Shown: piece after piece, positions 1 through 13,112 of the stretch
Layout: every line of letters begins with the position of its first letter
How positions within the stretch are numbered: the stretch's first letter is position 1
Assembly: GCA_038496445.1 (NCBI GenBank)
Contig: JALMLS010000536.1
Span: forward strand, 1 to 64,000
Length of the DNA stretch: 64,000 nt
DNA from: Trichosphaerium sp. ATCC 40318
Lineage: Eukaryota; Protista; Tubulinea
Reading direction: 5' to 3'
Position numbers and translations under genes: made by a program
The notes under the pieces: model-generated
Seen by the model: only the letters and a program-made list of their open reading frames with translations
Database searches by the model: none
What the model was told of the DNA's origin: nothing

Positions 1-1507
1 TTTAAAGGACAACGTAACAGACCTCCTGGAGATGAGTATAATATAGGTATAGATAAGACAATACATGTAAGAGCAAACAGGCAAGTCTAATCATAATTTA
101 TTTACTTCAACAAAAACTTACTATTTCTGTATTAGATATGTAAGTATAGCTCGAGAAGGCAAGTAATAAAACTGGCAATAGAAATGTGAATGCATTCAAA
201 CATATTTTCTTACTATCAAACTAGGTACTGTGAGTGTATCATGGGAAACACAAAATACGAAACGAGGATTCGAAGTAAGAAAGTGGCCTGGTCAGTTTCT
301 TGGTATCTTCCTACTTCTGGCAATACACGCTCATGGAGGTACTTTCCATTACCCAACAAATCAAGTTGTGTACCTCTTTATTTAAAGTGTTAAACCCAAC
401 CGAAATCTCAGAGCACTTTACTAAGTTTGACTTGATCAACTTAAAGTTTTCTTTTCTTATAGCTAATGGGTTCGTTTAGAGCGATCTGTATTGAATTCTC
501 TATCATACATCACTTCAAAGTCTTCATCGCTTTTGGGAAAACTTAATAACTCCCCGACAATAGAAATAATTGATTCAGTAAGAGGAGAATTGGTAAGAAT
601 CAATATAAAACAGAAACCACCAATTAACAAAATATTATTAAGCTGTCTTTGGCTACAACAATGACACGTTATACTCTTGCAATTAGTAATGATGATTGTG
701 GTGGAGCTACTGAATACTTAGAATTCTCTCAAGCGCTACGTAGTGTACGTCAATTTTTCCAAGGCGTTTGGGGGTTTTTTCTTACTTAATTCTTGTTTAC
801 AGATTTATTTAATCGACAAACAACGAAAAGAGCTTGGAACAGAGATTCGTGATGTACTTGATATAATTGAATTAAATCATTTGGAAGAAGAAAGGCGTCT
901 TAGAAGAGAAGAGAAGCAGAGTAAACTGGCCAAATCATCAAGACAATGGTGCTTTGATATTTCTATTGCAGTACGTGTCAAAGACATTCTTCTGTCATCC
1001 TTCATGCTTGCTTTGGGCCTTTTTTACTTCTCAGGCGAATAGTAATTTAACCATACGAGTATCTGGTTAGCAAACCAACACTCTGTGTTTGAGTGGCTTC
1101 CAAAGCTCACCTTTCTATTTTTCTTTGTTGGTATTTTGACTTACTGAGAATTTACTAGGTTGGTACTTCTGTGTTTTTGCCGTTAGCTATTGTATCTGGA
1201 ATATTTGGAATGAACAATAAGGATGTACCAATAAGTTGGTCATTCTGGAGTTGTATTGGAACATCAATTGCGTTCTCTGTTGTGCTGCTAGTAACATTTT
1301 TGATTTTGGCTTGCCGGTACGAAATCCAAACCAGTTTTCATTTGTTGGCTGGTTTTTTAACTTAGAACTAGTGTGAAGCATAATGAAAGTTCATGGCGCG
1401 GGTTAGTTCCAAGATCCCTGGGCATGAATAGGCGTAAAAGAGTATCAGGGAATATAGCAATGCGTCAACAAGATAGAGAGCATAACATGTACAATATACA
1501 CATTTAG
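1..1507 (+). CDS. CorA/Mrs2/Alr1-family Mg2+ transporter, 3' part (multi-exon, 5' end outside window)
   Basis: Exon at about 1160-1315 encodes FLPLAIVSGIFGMNNKDVP followed by a second hydrophobic helix, i.e. the GMN signature between two TM helices. The upstream exon is coiled-coil like (LEEERRLRREEKQ). Stop TAG at 1505-1507. Confidence 0.8.
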
Positions 1508-1755
1508 ATCACAAAGAACACAGTTTAACCGTTCCAGTAACGTGATTATATGCTCCTAATGTCCTTTTCACTAATGTCTATGGGGGGCTATTGTAGGATA
1601 ATAGTGCAGTATGTTCTACTCGAGATAACGAACAAGGTGACTTGACGTTTTGTTTCTCAGGTTGAATGTAACCTTAATGTCACTAAGTGAGGGTATTTCA
1701 TTTTGTTCTCGAGACTGGCTTCTTTCTTGCACTTCTGCGTAAGATTGGTTTATAA

Positions 1756-3235
1756 ATGGCAGAGCCGAGGAGCTGGCAGCCGGGTTTAGGTGCCCTTAAA
1801 GTAAGTACAACCAAAACAGCGTTTCTTACTCCACAAAAAGGCTTCTGTTCAAGAAAGACACCTAATAAAGCTTGAAAAAGCTGGTTTTGGGACAATTGAA
1901 TCAATAGCGCATTCTAGTCCTACAAGATTATGCCAAATTAGAGGATTCTCTTCAAGACTATCAGAATTTATATTTGCAGAAGGTAAGGTGTTATATAAAG
2001 TGGTTAAAACGTTAAAACAAGAAAATGAATTCTGTGAAATACGAAAGAAACAACGCTTCTTTTACATTTTATTTTACGCTTGTGATGGACGCAACTTGTA
2101 ATATTTTGGCTCCACAGCGAGAAAGATATGCCGTCCTATTGGTAAATTTGCAGAAGATGAAAATGTAATTCGTGTCACGTGAGTTGGGACTATTCGTATA
2201 AAATTCCTACCAAAAAAACAAAAAAAAATTGTTGCTAGGAGTGGGTTACGCTGTATCGACTACTATGTTTCAGGAGGTTTCAAAGTAGGCGAAATACTGG
2301 AAGTACTAAGTGAAAATCCTCACAAGAGGATGTTACTTGCACATCAATTATGTATAACATGCCAGGTATGTCAACACAAAAAAGGACCAAGAAAAAAAAA
2401 AAGGAAGCTAAAATTGAAGTTTATATTTTTCTAGTTGCAGTCACGTGAAGGTGGTATCAACGCCAAAGCAATGTGCGTAAAGTTTAGAATTATATTTTAA
2501 TCATTCAAAAAAGATACGTTGATTGTAATAAAGAGATGAATGTGGATACGTCATTGTTAAGAAGACTTGCTCGCAGGTTTAACTTAAACGAACATATAGC
2601 GCTTGATAATATAGCTGTGGCACATGTACAGCATTTCGACCATGCTGTAGCTTCTCTAGACAACGTAAATAGTTTGTTTTCTATACATAAGATCTAACAA
2701 TTAAAAGGTACCTTCGATGTGTTCTGTTGAAGAATATGGTGTTTTGGTACTTGATAATTTTATTGGTTTGCTGAAATCAGAATACTCTGGTACAGATCTG
2801 TATACCAAATACCGTCTATTTTACATTTTATATAGGACGAAGTGAACTTGGTCAGAGAGCAACAGTATTATCAAGAACTTTACGGAAGTTGTTAAACATT
2901 GCTACAGAGTTCAATGGTTGCTCTTTTTTTTTCTTTCAGTTTTTATCTCGCAACTAGTTTTCTTATTACTTTCTTACTTCTTTTTGAAAGTTCTTGTTGT
3001 GATAGCTGATCAACTTATCCAACATCCAAATATGAGAGGTGTTGTTGGAGGAAATTACTTGGCACATGCAAGGGGAATGCGGTAAGCAACTTAGGTATTT
3101 TGTTAACTAATCATTGGTTTTACAAGGTTACTATTAACAGAAGAGCTTAATGGAATGACTGGGCTAAAAGCAATGGGTAATAGGTCTCATGATGAGAAAA
3201 TAACTATCCATGCTACAGATTCAGGATTTTATTAA
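1756..3235 (+). CDS. Divergent Rad51/DMC1-family recombinase paralog (multi-exon)
   Basis: Spliced translation gives LEKAGFGTIESIAHSS..LCQIRGFS (Rad51 N-terminal HhH), SGLRCIDYYVSGGFKVGEILEV, AHQLCITCQL..EGG, GVLVLDNF..LKSEYSGRSELGQR, ATEFNVLVVIADQ and GGNYLAHA, collinear with Rad51. Confidence 0.85.
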
Positions 3236-3540
3236 TTGCAGTGAAGCGAGAAATCAACCTTTTCTAGAACATGTAAATAAACACCTCAACAATGAATGTC
3301 ATCATTACTCATACATAACCTACACCCTTTTCATCCCTCACAGATGGGTGCTAACATGTAACTAAAACAGTTTTACTAGTTAACACTGCACACTCGGATT
3401 ATCTTCCCAACGTCGACCACTTGAATGCTCAATTGTTGATAGAAAAAAGTAGACTGGACAGATTTCTGCGTGTCATTTTAAACGGTAAACAAAAGCGTCT
3501 AATTCCGTTTGTATTGTCTTGTTGAGGTGAAGCATTGTAT

Positions 3541-4952
3541 ATGAGCAGTATGGCATGGCGGCTAGGCTTGTCAAGTAGAGTACGAACGAAAGCGACAAAA
3601 AGCTCGCGTTGTGCTAAGAGGAAATACCACATTGATGTCTTGGGGTCAAATACGGACGAAAATATGATTATATGTGACCCTAAAAGCGAAAAAGTTTTAA
3701 AATACAGAAAACAACGCCTAGAGGAGTCCAAAGAGAACTTGACATCACAACTTGGGTAATTAATGCAAACTAAATGTTTTTCGTTCTACAAGCGCTTAAC
3801 TCACTCACGTACGCACTAGACGCGTAGAAAGTGACCCAGAAGACGTATTACACCAACAGATAATGAACGTATTGAAAGTAACAGTCGTCAAGGAAATACT
3901 CAAAGCGGATATGTACGTTGATATACACAGCTACTAGTGTACGTTACGCCTGACGCATTAAGCGTAGAATGAGAGCGTTAACTTTAAATGAAAATCATCT
4001 GGCAGTATTTGTTGATCAAGGTGTACCTACAATCCCAGTGTTCTCTGATGCCCTTTACGTTAAGAAATTCAGAAGAGACTACCCACACGTTGAGGTAGAT
4101 AAAAAAGATTACCAGTCATCTGGACAAGGCATCGTACAGAGCCTTGTTTCTCACCATGAAAATCCATACTTATACCTTGACAACGAGTTTAAAATACCGG
4201 TAAGTAAGGGAGAATTCTGGATCACAATGAAAGTTTTTCAAGCAAAAAAAAACTTTGTCAGAAACTTTTTTTTTCGCTTGTTCTTCTTTTTTTTAGCTGA
4301 TTGTCGCTCTAATACACGTTTTTATTAGTTGGATAAAGATAAGTACTTACAAGCACAGAGATCATCATCTTTAGAGCGTATGATAGCGTATATGCCTCTT
4401 ACCGTACGGCGGAGAAACTCATTTTGTATTTCACAAAAAAACAGTTCTCAAACAAATCTTATTTTATGTTGTAAGAAAAATCACACTTTGTATCAATTTT
4501 CCGCTCTTTCCTCACTTTATAATTGTTCGCTGTTTATATTTTGCGTAGAAGGATGAAGAATCAAGGTCTTTAATACGAGAATGGTGGAAACTGTTAAGAG
4601 ATATTGATCACCTTTTTTTTACACGTCAGGAGTATGTTCAGGATACATCTAAGGGTCTAAGGGTATTTACATCGGATGTTTATATGCCGCTGGAAAAGTC
4701 AGACGAAGAAGAATTTGTTGCTTCTGGAGGTACACGAAATTGTCATCAAGTGGTACCAGCGCCTTACACGTTTATCCTATAGTCGAAAAAGTACTAGAGG
4801 ATTGCGTTTCAAAGGGATGTGATCTAAAAATCAACTACTTTTCAGATGCTAACAAAGCTGCTCTTTTAAACCAGCTAGAACCAGATATTGTTAGTGTTAC
4901 TGTTACATGTGATGAGTGTGCTAAAATGTTGGATGCAAGGCCTCAGGATTGA
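3541..4952 (+). CDS. Hypothetical multi-exon protein (R/K-rich N-terminus, possibly an organellar transit peptide)
   Basis: Chain of ORF pieces (3535-3759, 3969-4200, 4329-4385, 4550-4730, 4780-4952) separated by GT..AG introns; no family recognised. Confidence 0.5.
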
Positions 4953-5907
4953 GCACACTCAAAGGGCGTAATACAATAAAATACGTCAGTTTTTCGAAAC
5001 CTAACTAACAACGTGGTTTTGGTTTGCGCAAATGTTGGGGAACAATAGAGAAGGAAACTTCATAAACTACTGGTTCACAAAAGCCTTGTCGTGCAGAACA
5101 ATGCCCACGTTATTAATGCTGGTAGAGAGAACCGATTGAGCTGTTGTAACTGCAACCAGGACTGTCTAGAAAAATCTGTTTTAGAAAAAAAAGGCGAACG
5201 CGCGGAAATTACTTTACACCACTCGGTTAAACTCTATGTTGCTTTTTAAAGTTCCCATGTTGGAGTTTGTAGCTTTGGTACAAAAAATCCCGTTTCCCCG
5301 CGAGTGTCAAAATTTTAAACTGCTCACGAGAAGCACGACGTGCATACAAACGCTGTTGAAGGGCATTGAACTTGAGATTTGTTTAAGTTTCGTTTATCAA
5401 TAAAACCAAAACACTCCAATAGTTGGCAGAGCGAACCACGCCACTCAAATATATATTATTCTAGGTACGTAATGCATGGGTAATTCATTTGCCTTCTTTT
5501 TTGACTACGTTTCTGGTTCGGTACCCAAAACGAGCGAGCCTAATATGTATAGTCAACTTTATTTACTGTACCTTTACAAACAAAGCAAACCTCGGGTTTT
5601 TCTTTCCGCATTGTTTTCGTTTTTGCCTCTCGTGCAGCGTAAAATTAAACCTAGCTATCTCCGTGCCTATATCCACGTCTAAACTCCAAATTGCTCGAAC
5701 TCAAAAGCACTTCGCGAAATCTGTTTTTTTCGTAAATTGAGTTCTTTCGTTGCACCAAATAATTGCACAATTGCTTTTGATATAGTAAGCTTTGCAAGTT
5801 TAGACGAGAAAAAAAAATCCAACCTAAAAAAAAGAATACGATATCGAAATTGTCGCTTTTCATCCTTTTTTTATTGGCGCTTCTAACCAAACAAGCATCT
5901 AGTCGAT

Positions 5908-8900
5908 ATGCAGGACGAGTACGAGGATGGAGTATACTATGTTGCTACTGCGAATGGCACAACCGATGGGAGAGCGGTGAAAAAGCGCAAAGTAAACAGA
6001 CCAGTAAGGCTTGTATCTCATGGTACGTGAGGTTCTGCATAATGATATAAGGAGTTAAATTGTTAGCGGAATTTTTCCAACTGTTTTAAAACACACTGAA
6101 AGCCCTGCACTTGCTAACAAACTACTAAAGCTTGCGATTTCTGCAAACGGAGACACCTAAAGTGTGATGGACAAAGTCCCTGCCACCAATGCAGCAAACG
6201 AAACGCATCGTGTATATACTCAGAGAGGAAAAAGCGAGGTACGTTATAGAGTAAGAATAACTGTTTTTTGATACTTTTTCTAAAGGCCCAAAACCACGCC
6301 GTAAAAAGATAAAAGAGGATAAAGGAGAATATGAGGAGCACTTACAGGTACATAAAAACATTCTGTACAACCATAAAAAAAAAAAAAACCAACACAATTT
6401 TTTTTAAGTTTGTTTTAGTTTTTAGTTGTACTAGCGCTCAGAATACTACCGAAACTCTTTTATTTTACCCAACAGGCGCTTTTTTGTGAGCTCGCACGCT
6501 ACGCGTTTCCCGAAAACGGTTTGCGGACTTTCTTTTTAAAACATTAGAATTGCTCCTCACGTATATTAGACACTTGTGGATGAATTACATAAAGCTCAAC
6601 AAGAAGCCGAAACTTGGAAGGAAAAATACCGAAGTGAAGTACAACGAACAAACCTAAAAAGGCCCCGTAGCGCTACTGATGATCAACCTACTTTTGATGC
6701 AGCATTATTTTTGGAAAAGACTTATGGGTAACCAATAATGGAAAAAAAACATTTTTTGTGATCATATTACGCAAGCGTTGTGTAATCCTGTATTAGGTGG
6801 GCTCAAGATGACGGATTACCTTTTTCGTTGGATACAGCAGGAGCTACAAAAGCTAGGTGAGTCAGTTTTTGGAAGAAATAGTCGATTTTTTGGGAGAAAA
6901 ACTAACTTTTACTCCCTTTGTAGGAACTTAGATTTTCAGACTTGCTTGAGAGCAATGCGTGTTAGAAAAGCCATAAGAGATTATAAACTGAACGCCAAGT
7001 TTGTAACGGCTTATGATGAAGTAATTCTTCCGTCACTTCCTTTCGTTAAGATAACACCTCAAACACATAAAGATCTACAGGAGCTTGCAGTACGTGCTTT
7101 TTTTATAACAGAAAAACATGGCGCAACCATTTTTTGACTATTTTTCTCAACTGAATAATTCCACTTGCCAGTATGACGCAATCAAAATACTAAAATACTC
7201 CTCAAAAATGCGCTTACTTCGGCAGTTTGCTAATTATGTATTTTTTGTAGAATATGCCCACTGAAGAGGTCTGTAAACACGATATTATTGTTGTTTCTGC
7301 TTTGGAATACTCCATGGTCTGTGCTTTAGGTCCGTACTTTGTTTCTTACTAATATCAGGCGCCTTTTTTTCATTAAACGGGGAAAAACGGACTTTTTCTG
7401 TTTTTTCCAAATTTCGCCATTCCTAACCACAATATTTTGATTTAAATGCGTGGAATATCATTAACGTTACTGTAGGCGCTGGATTATGCAAGGACAACGA
7501 AACTCAAGCTCAATTTGCAGATATATCTGGAAGTCTCGTTCATTATCTTCTCTACAAGAGACAGGCTCAACAGGATGTCTTACTCGTTCAGAGGCTTTTC
7601 GATTGTTTGCTACTTATGTGTCAATACTATATTATAAACTGCAACGAAAGCCAGTACGTCAGTAGACCAGAGACCGGTTCTCGCGTGTTGTTTCACAAGT
7701 ATTGAACCTTACTGAACTCTTGCATTAATCACAAATTTACTTAGGGGATACATGATGATAATGCTAGCTTACGCGATATTAAGGACTAATAAGAATATAC
7801 AAGTAATATCAACCTTATCAAAACAAAGGTAAAGTTTTTTTTCTTCAATCTCTTTGAGGCTTTTTTGTCTTTTTTTTGCTTTTTCTTATTTTTCGATAAT
7901 GTTTGTACAAGAAGTTTTGTTCGTTTTTTTTTTTTTTTTCTTGTCGTTCTGACTTTTTTAAATGAAATATGCTACGCGTTCTCGTATTTTTTATTAAACC
8001 GATTAATAGGTTTTATTGCTGTCTTATCGCTCAATGTAAAAATCCTAGTACAAGGATACATTGGTTTGAAATGTGTGAAGCCGAGTTGAATAAAATAGAG
8101 GATGAACAAGTAAGGAACAGGCAAATAGTCGTATTGTCTATTGTATACCTTAATATAAGCGATGGGCCATATAAGATGAAGTGGGATGTACGTGGTTATA
8201 CGAACTCTCTTTTTTTGTTTGTTTTTGGTTTTTCTTTCCTTTTTTTGATATTTCTCCTTTTTTCTCCGTTGAATTTCTGTTTGTTGACGTTTTTTCTGTT
8301 GTACAGGATGATGCTACTGCTGCTTCTTTAACTGCTACTACACAACGGGTTCTTGGCATGTTAGAGCAGGTAGATAGTGCCTCTAAGGATTCATTGAGGC
8401 AAGCTATGGACACAAGCGGTTCAAAAGTGACGCCATCTCTGTTCGGCCAAAATGTTCTTATTGCAAAGGAAATGGAAAAAAAGATATGTATTACTGGTTG
8501 TAAAGCTGCTGCGTTATGGAGGCTAGGTATGTACACGGAGAAACTCTGAAAAAAAAACGTTTTTTTTTCTGAACTTTTGCGTTGTTTGCGCTAACGCCAT
8601 CCCAGGACGGAATGCTGAGGCTGGTGAAATGGCTGGTTTGGCTATTATTAAATGCAAAGAGTTTGAACACCGTCCATGCTCTTTGGGGCTTCCAGCAGCC
8701 CTAGGTTACGCAGTCACAGTTTGTAAAGAATTGAGATTAAAGGCACAATTCCAAGAGGGAATTAGACTCATGTTGATTTTGGGTAAAATGTATCCAGTCA
8801 TTGCTGACTTGGCAAGGGTATGTATAACTACACAGAAACTCAATTGAATATAAACAGTTTCAAGAGAAAAATAGCCAATTTTGAAGAAAACTCGCCTTTA

Positions 8901-9080
8901 TTTTTTTTACTTGCAACGCTAATAGTTTTTTTCTAGACAATTTCTAAAGGCGTTGACAAGACAATGAATATCAAGCCAATGTTAAGTGCCAAAGGCAAAA
9001 AAACAAGAGATAAGCCAAACTGGTCCTTATTAGGGTCAATGTTCTCACCAGATGCTGCTGATGAGTTTGTATTTTATTAA
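5908..9080 (+). CDS. Zn(II)2Cys6 (GAL4-type) transcription factor, multi-exon
   Basis: Exon 6131-6238 encodes ACDFCKRRHLKCDGQSPCHQCSKRNASCIYSERKKRG, the C-x2-C-x6-C-x5-C-x2-C-x6-C pattern. A coiled coil and long helical region follow. The last exon ends ..PDAADEFVFY* at 9080. Confidence 0.9.
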
Positions 9081-9191
9081 AAAGACCTTCAAGGCAACAA
9101 CACACATTTTTTCGAAAAAAAAACGAAGGAAACTTTCAGGCGGATTCAAAAAAAGAAAGCCTCTGTGTTGCCCCACAAAGTGTTTTATTAC

Positions 9192-10319
9192 TTATTTTGG
9201 AATACTTTCCAAGTATCCGAATAATGTATTAAAGTATTGTGGATTCTGACAAGGCACTAATGATGGGTCTTTATCTTGGTAGCATTTTTTGAGGTTTGCA
9301 ATTTTCATCAATTTTGCGCCTGATACTTCCTCAACTATATAAAAACTCTTGTAAATAATAAAAACAAAAACCAACATCTTATAAACTTAGCATAAAGTTT
9401 TCAAAGTAAAAAAGTCTACGACGAAGGATCGTTAAAAGAAGAAAAAAAAATAGTTGCAGATGCTTTCTGCTTTTCTCTCCCGCGCAGAAACGTAAAATGG
9501 TTTTTTTTTTGTTTGAAAGACTTTAGGGTTTTTGCACACGTGATAAATAATATAATAAATTGGTTCGATTATGTACCTTGAAGTGTTAATGAATCAACAT
9601 CAACGTCCTTGTGTACAACATACACATCAGCGTATTCATTATTAATGTATGTTCCATTATTTGTAACAAAGTTGACTTTGACTGTTCCAATCTTATTGAA
9701 TTCCTTCTCTGGCAAATCTAAACCGAGCTCTTCGTGTAGCTCTTCTCTTGCTATACATATCAATGTTAGAAAGTCCAACACAATTGCCCAGAAGGAAGAA
9801 AAGTCGATTTTTTTCGAATTTCGCTTGAAAGTGGCTGTACGGCATCAAACCAACGTAAAAAGGTGTGGTTGCGCCCGTTTTGTTATGATACACGTATTAC
9901 GCCACTATAACGTGGGTTTCAGGGTTTCTTTTTTTTTGAAAAGTAAAAACTTACCTGTTTGCATTGATGTTGATCCAGCCTTCACGTGACCGGCTGCTGA
10001 GATGTCCCATAAGTTAGGAAATGATTCTTTGCAAGCTGCGCGCTTTTGAAGAACTACTTCGCCTTTGCTGCAGCAAAAATGAGTTAACTGAACTTCACAA
10101 CGCTGTAAGATCGCCTGATACGAGTCATCAGGCTACGTTAAAGTCGTTTTACAGCTTTAATGGCGAATGGCACTATTTTGTGTTTATTGCGTACCTGGTA
10201 GCGATCCAAACATGCACAACGCGGTGCAATAGCCCTTTTTTATGCACTTCTGAGCGTGGGAGGCTTTTACCAGTTAAATTACCGTTTTCATCTAATACAT
10301 CAAGATATTCTTCACTCAT
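9192..10319 (-). CDS. Nudix hydrolase, IPP-isomerase-like subgroup
   Basis: MSEEYLDVLDENGNLTGKSLPRSEVHKKGLLHRVVHVWI..LQKRAACKESFPNLWDISAAGHVKAG..AREELHEELGL (Nudix box)..NNEYADVY. Confidence 0.9.
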
Positions 10320-10697
10320 GATACTCTAGACAACACAGTGATGAATTTTAATTGCTAAATTCACAGTTTGCGAAGCGTTAAGCCATTTTTTGCTCAAATT
10401 CACTCCGATTGGCATTTCAATCATGAGAGAATGTCTTCTGCGCATTTTTGATTGTAGTTAAATACTAAATACAATGCGTTTCAATCTATGGTCGGTTTTT
10501 CAATCAGCACTTTCTGATTGAGTAGTGAGTACTCGCAATAACATCAAGATAGTGCCACTCGGTATGTAGCATAGTTCATTTAAGGTTTAAGAATGATTGA
10601 TACTCAAAAATTGGAAGTTTCTGAAAGAATAAAAGATCGATAGATTGATAACGTGTGGTTGAAAATCATAATTTAATAACTACACAACGATAACAGC

Positions 10698-11120
10698 ATG
10701 TCCGTACTACTTCAAAACACCGGTAACCTCTTCCCTACTGCTGCCGCTTCGACAACATCGCGATACTTCGGCGGTGTCAGTTTTCGGCCTAGCGGTGGTC
10801 TTTTGGCGCCTATTGAGAGTACTCTGAGTAAGCCTACCGCAAAGCGAAAGCGCCAAAACAAAGAACGATTGACACTGATTGGAAAACGCCGCCGATCACA
10901 CAACGAGAGCGCAGAGCGCGGAACTAAACAAAAACGAGCGAGGTATAGCACTAAACGCTCAAGAAAAAGTAAACGAGTACAAAAACGCTTGGTACAGACC
11001 CGAAAACCAGAAGAGCCTTGGTTTAAACCATCTGAAACAGAAGCGGTATTTTCAGAGACCAACTTCAACGATACTTGCATCTTCTCGCCAGCTACTTGCT
11101 GGAAATGGTCAAGAGAGTAA
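10698..11120 (+). CDS. Hypothetical basic (K/R-rich) protein, intronless
   Basis: 140-aa ORF with NLS-like basic clusters; higher GC than its flanks; no family recognised. Confidence 0.4.
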   Translation: MSVLLQNTGNLFPTAAASTTSRYFGGVSFRPSGGLLAPIESTLSKPTAKRKRQNKERLTLIGKRRRSHNESAERGTKQKRARYSTKRSRKSKRVQKRLVQTRKPEEPWFKPSETEAVFSETNFNDTCIFSPATCWKWSRE

Positions 11121-11591
11121 TATAAAGACAACCAAAGCAAAATCTCATGTACTAGTAGACTTGTATACTAAAACAAAACTGTAACCCTAAATGTAAATAA
11201 AACGTGTACCAATACAACAAACACGCGTAGAACTTGATTATACGACGAGGTCTCTGGGAGCAACAATCAGAAAAATCAAAAAATGTTGCAGTTAGGTCTA
11301 TTTGCACAAGTAGGGTTGCTGTGCAACCTTTCCTGTACACAAACGAAAATGTCTGTAGCTTTTCCGCGAAATGGAGAAACCGGCTTTTTTGCTTTCGCTC
11401 ATGCGTCTTTGCTTTTTGCTTTTTCTGTTTTACATGTTGCCCACAAGTGCTTATTGAATCGTAAACCTTCCACACTCGAAACTGACATGACCTTAACTGG
11501 AGAAAGTTCACAAATTGGATTTCTTTCTACGAACTTTATTCGATTTTTCTGGAGTTTATATACATACTGTGCACGTGAACAGAAGCTGTCA

Positions 11592-13112
11592 TTAATTCAT
11601 CATTTTTGAACACAAAGCTCGTAAGCTAATGCACATGATACCATTCTCTGATACAAATTCGTTTAAAGATAGCAAATAATCTGCATGGAAGCTTTCGAAG
11701 GCAACAGCCTTTTCTTTATCGTAAGGCCAAATGAATAATGTATCAGCGTCAGGAACCCAAAAGATTCTATTCCGTTCCAGACTATATTCCCAACAATCCT
11801 AAGCATTTATATAAGCAGCTGTAGACCAAGGAGCCAAATACTGTTGCGGGAAAAAAAAAAAGGAGATAAAAATAAGAAAAAAATTTTCATACCTCCAGAG
11901 GCATGCTGAGCTGTTTACCAATCTCGACTACTTTAGGTTTCCAACAATGAGAGAACCTAGTGTAAATTCCACCAGAAACTATCCTAAGTTCAAGAGTATT
12001 CTCAAAGAGTTTACCGTGTCTTCCAACCCACCTCTGTTGTTTAAAAAAAAATTAAGAACAGAAAATGTATACTCGTTTAGAGTACACCACAAAAATATCA
12101 ACGTACATCTTTGGTGTTTTCGTGTGGTTCTGGTAAGTGGGTGCTATACAAAAGTTAGTTTGAGGCTGGATAATAACCTTGTAGGAAGAAAATGCATTAC
12201 TTTTTTTTCCAAAGTCTTTTAACAAAGTGTTTTGTAACATCTTTGTAGAGATCGATATTTGGATTCTTTTGTAGCTAATCGTTACATTAGCGTACTAAAT
12301 ATGCATACTAAATAATTTTCGCTTACCTCCTTTTTCGATAATCCCTTCAAAGCGGGAGACTTGGCAAACATAGAAAGTTCTTGTTTCAAGTCCTTATGAA
12401 ATGGACTTTTGTCGTTTGGTTTTCGTTTTCTATTTGTAACAACAATCACATCAATTTCGGCACTTGCTTTATCCTTGTATCTGAAGACTATTCTATAATG
12501 ACCAGCATACGCAAATGCAACTCGTATCTTATACTGGTTGCCGTGTTTTAAAGGTTTACCAATAGAATACAAAGATGCGTCTTGTTTTTCACCACCTTTT
12601 TTAGTTCTTTTAACAACCTCGGGTTTGCACGTGATTTCATTGAAATCAGTAATATCTTTACCAACAACACAATAAAGAGGTTCTTTATCAACCCTTCTTT
12701 TAATAAACACTCCCTTTAACGAACAATTAGAGTAATGACAATGTAACATAACAATACGTACACCACTCATTGCGCAAGCTTGGGTTTCAACTGTTTGTTG
12801 TTGACCTGGTGCTAGCTTCAATTCAGGTTCAAGAAACGGGTCATCGAATTGATCGTCAATATCCATGGAACTGCCTGAAAGAGGAGTTTCGTTTGTAAAC
12901 AAATGCGATTGAGCACTCAAAACGAACTCTGAGTCATAATGTTGCGTGTCGTTAAAGAATGCGTTTGTATCTCTTTCGCTATCACGTGGAGAAGCTATAT
13001 AAGATGATGAAGGCGAATTAGCGTAATAATGACCTTGTACTGCATCTTCGTATACGTTGAGCCACTGGTCGTTGCTGTCTTCTTGTGAGAAGAAATCAAA
13101 GTTATCTGCCAT
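11592..13112 (-). CDS. Hypothetical protein: acidic N-terminus plus beta-rich domain ending in a basic motif (possible transcription factor)
   Basis: Long first exon (ORF 12282-13136) with D/S-rich start and ..YKIRVAFAYAGHYRIVFRY..IDVIVVTNRKRKP; several downstream exons splice in frame to a stop at about 11592. Confidence 0.55.

Noticed and set aside
9052-9249. Apparent coding overlap between the Zn2Cys6 gene and the Nudix gene
   Set aside because: The Zn2Cys6 frame stops at 9080; ORF 9052-9249 is in a different, spurious frame.
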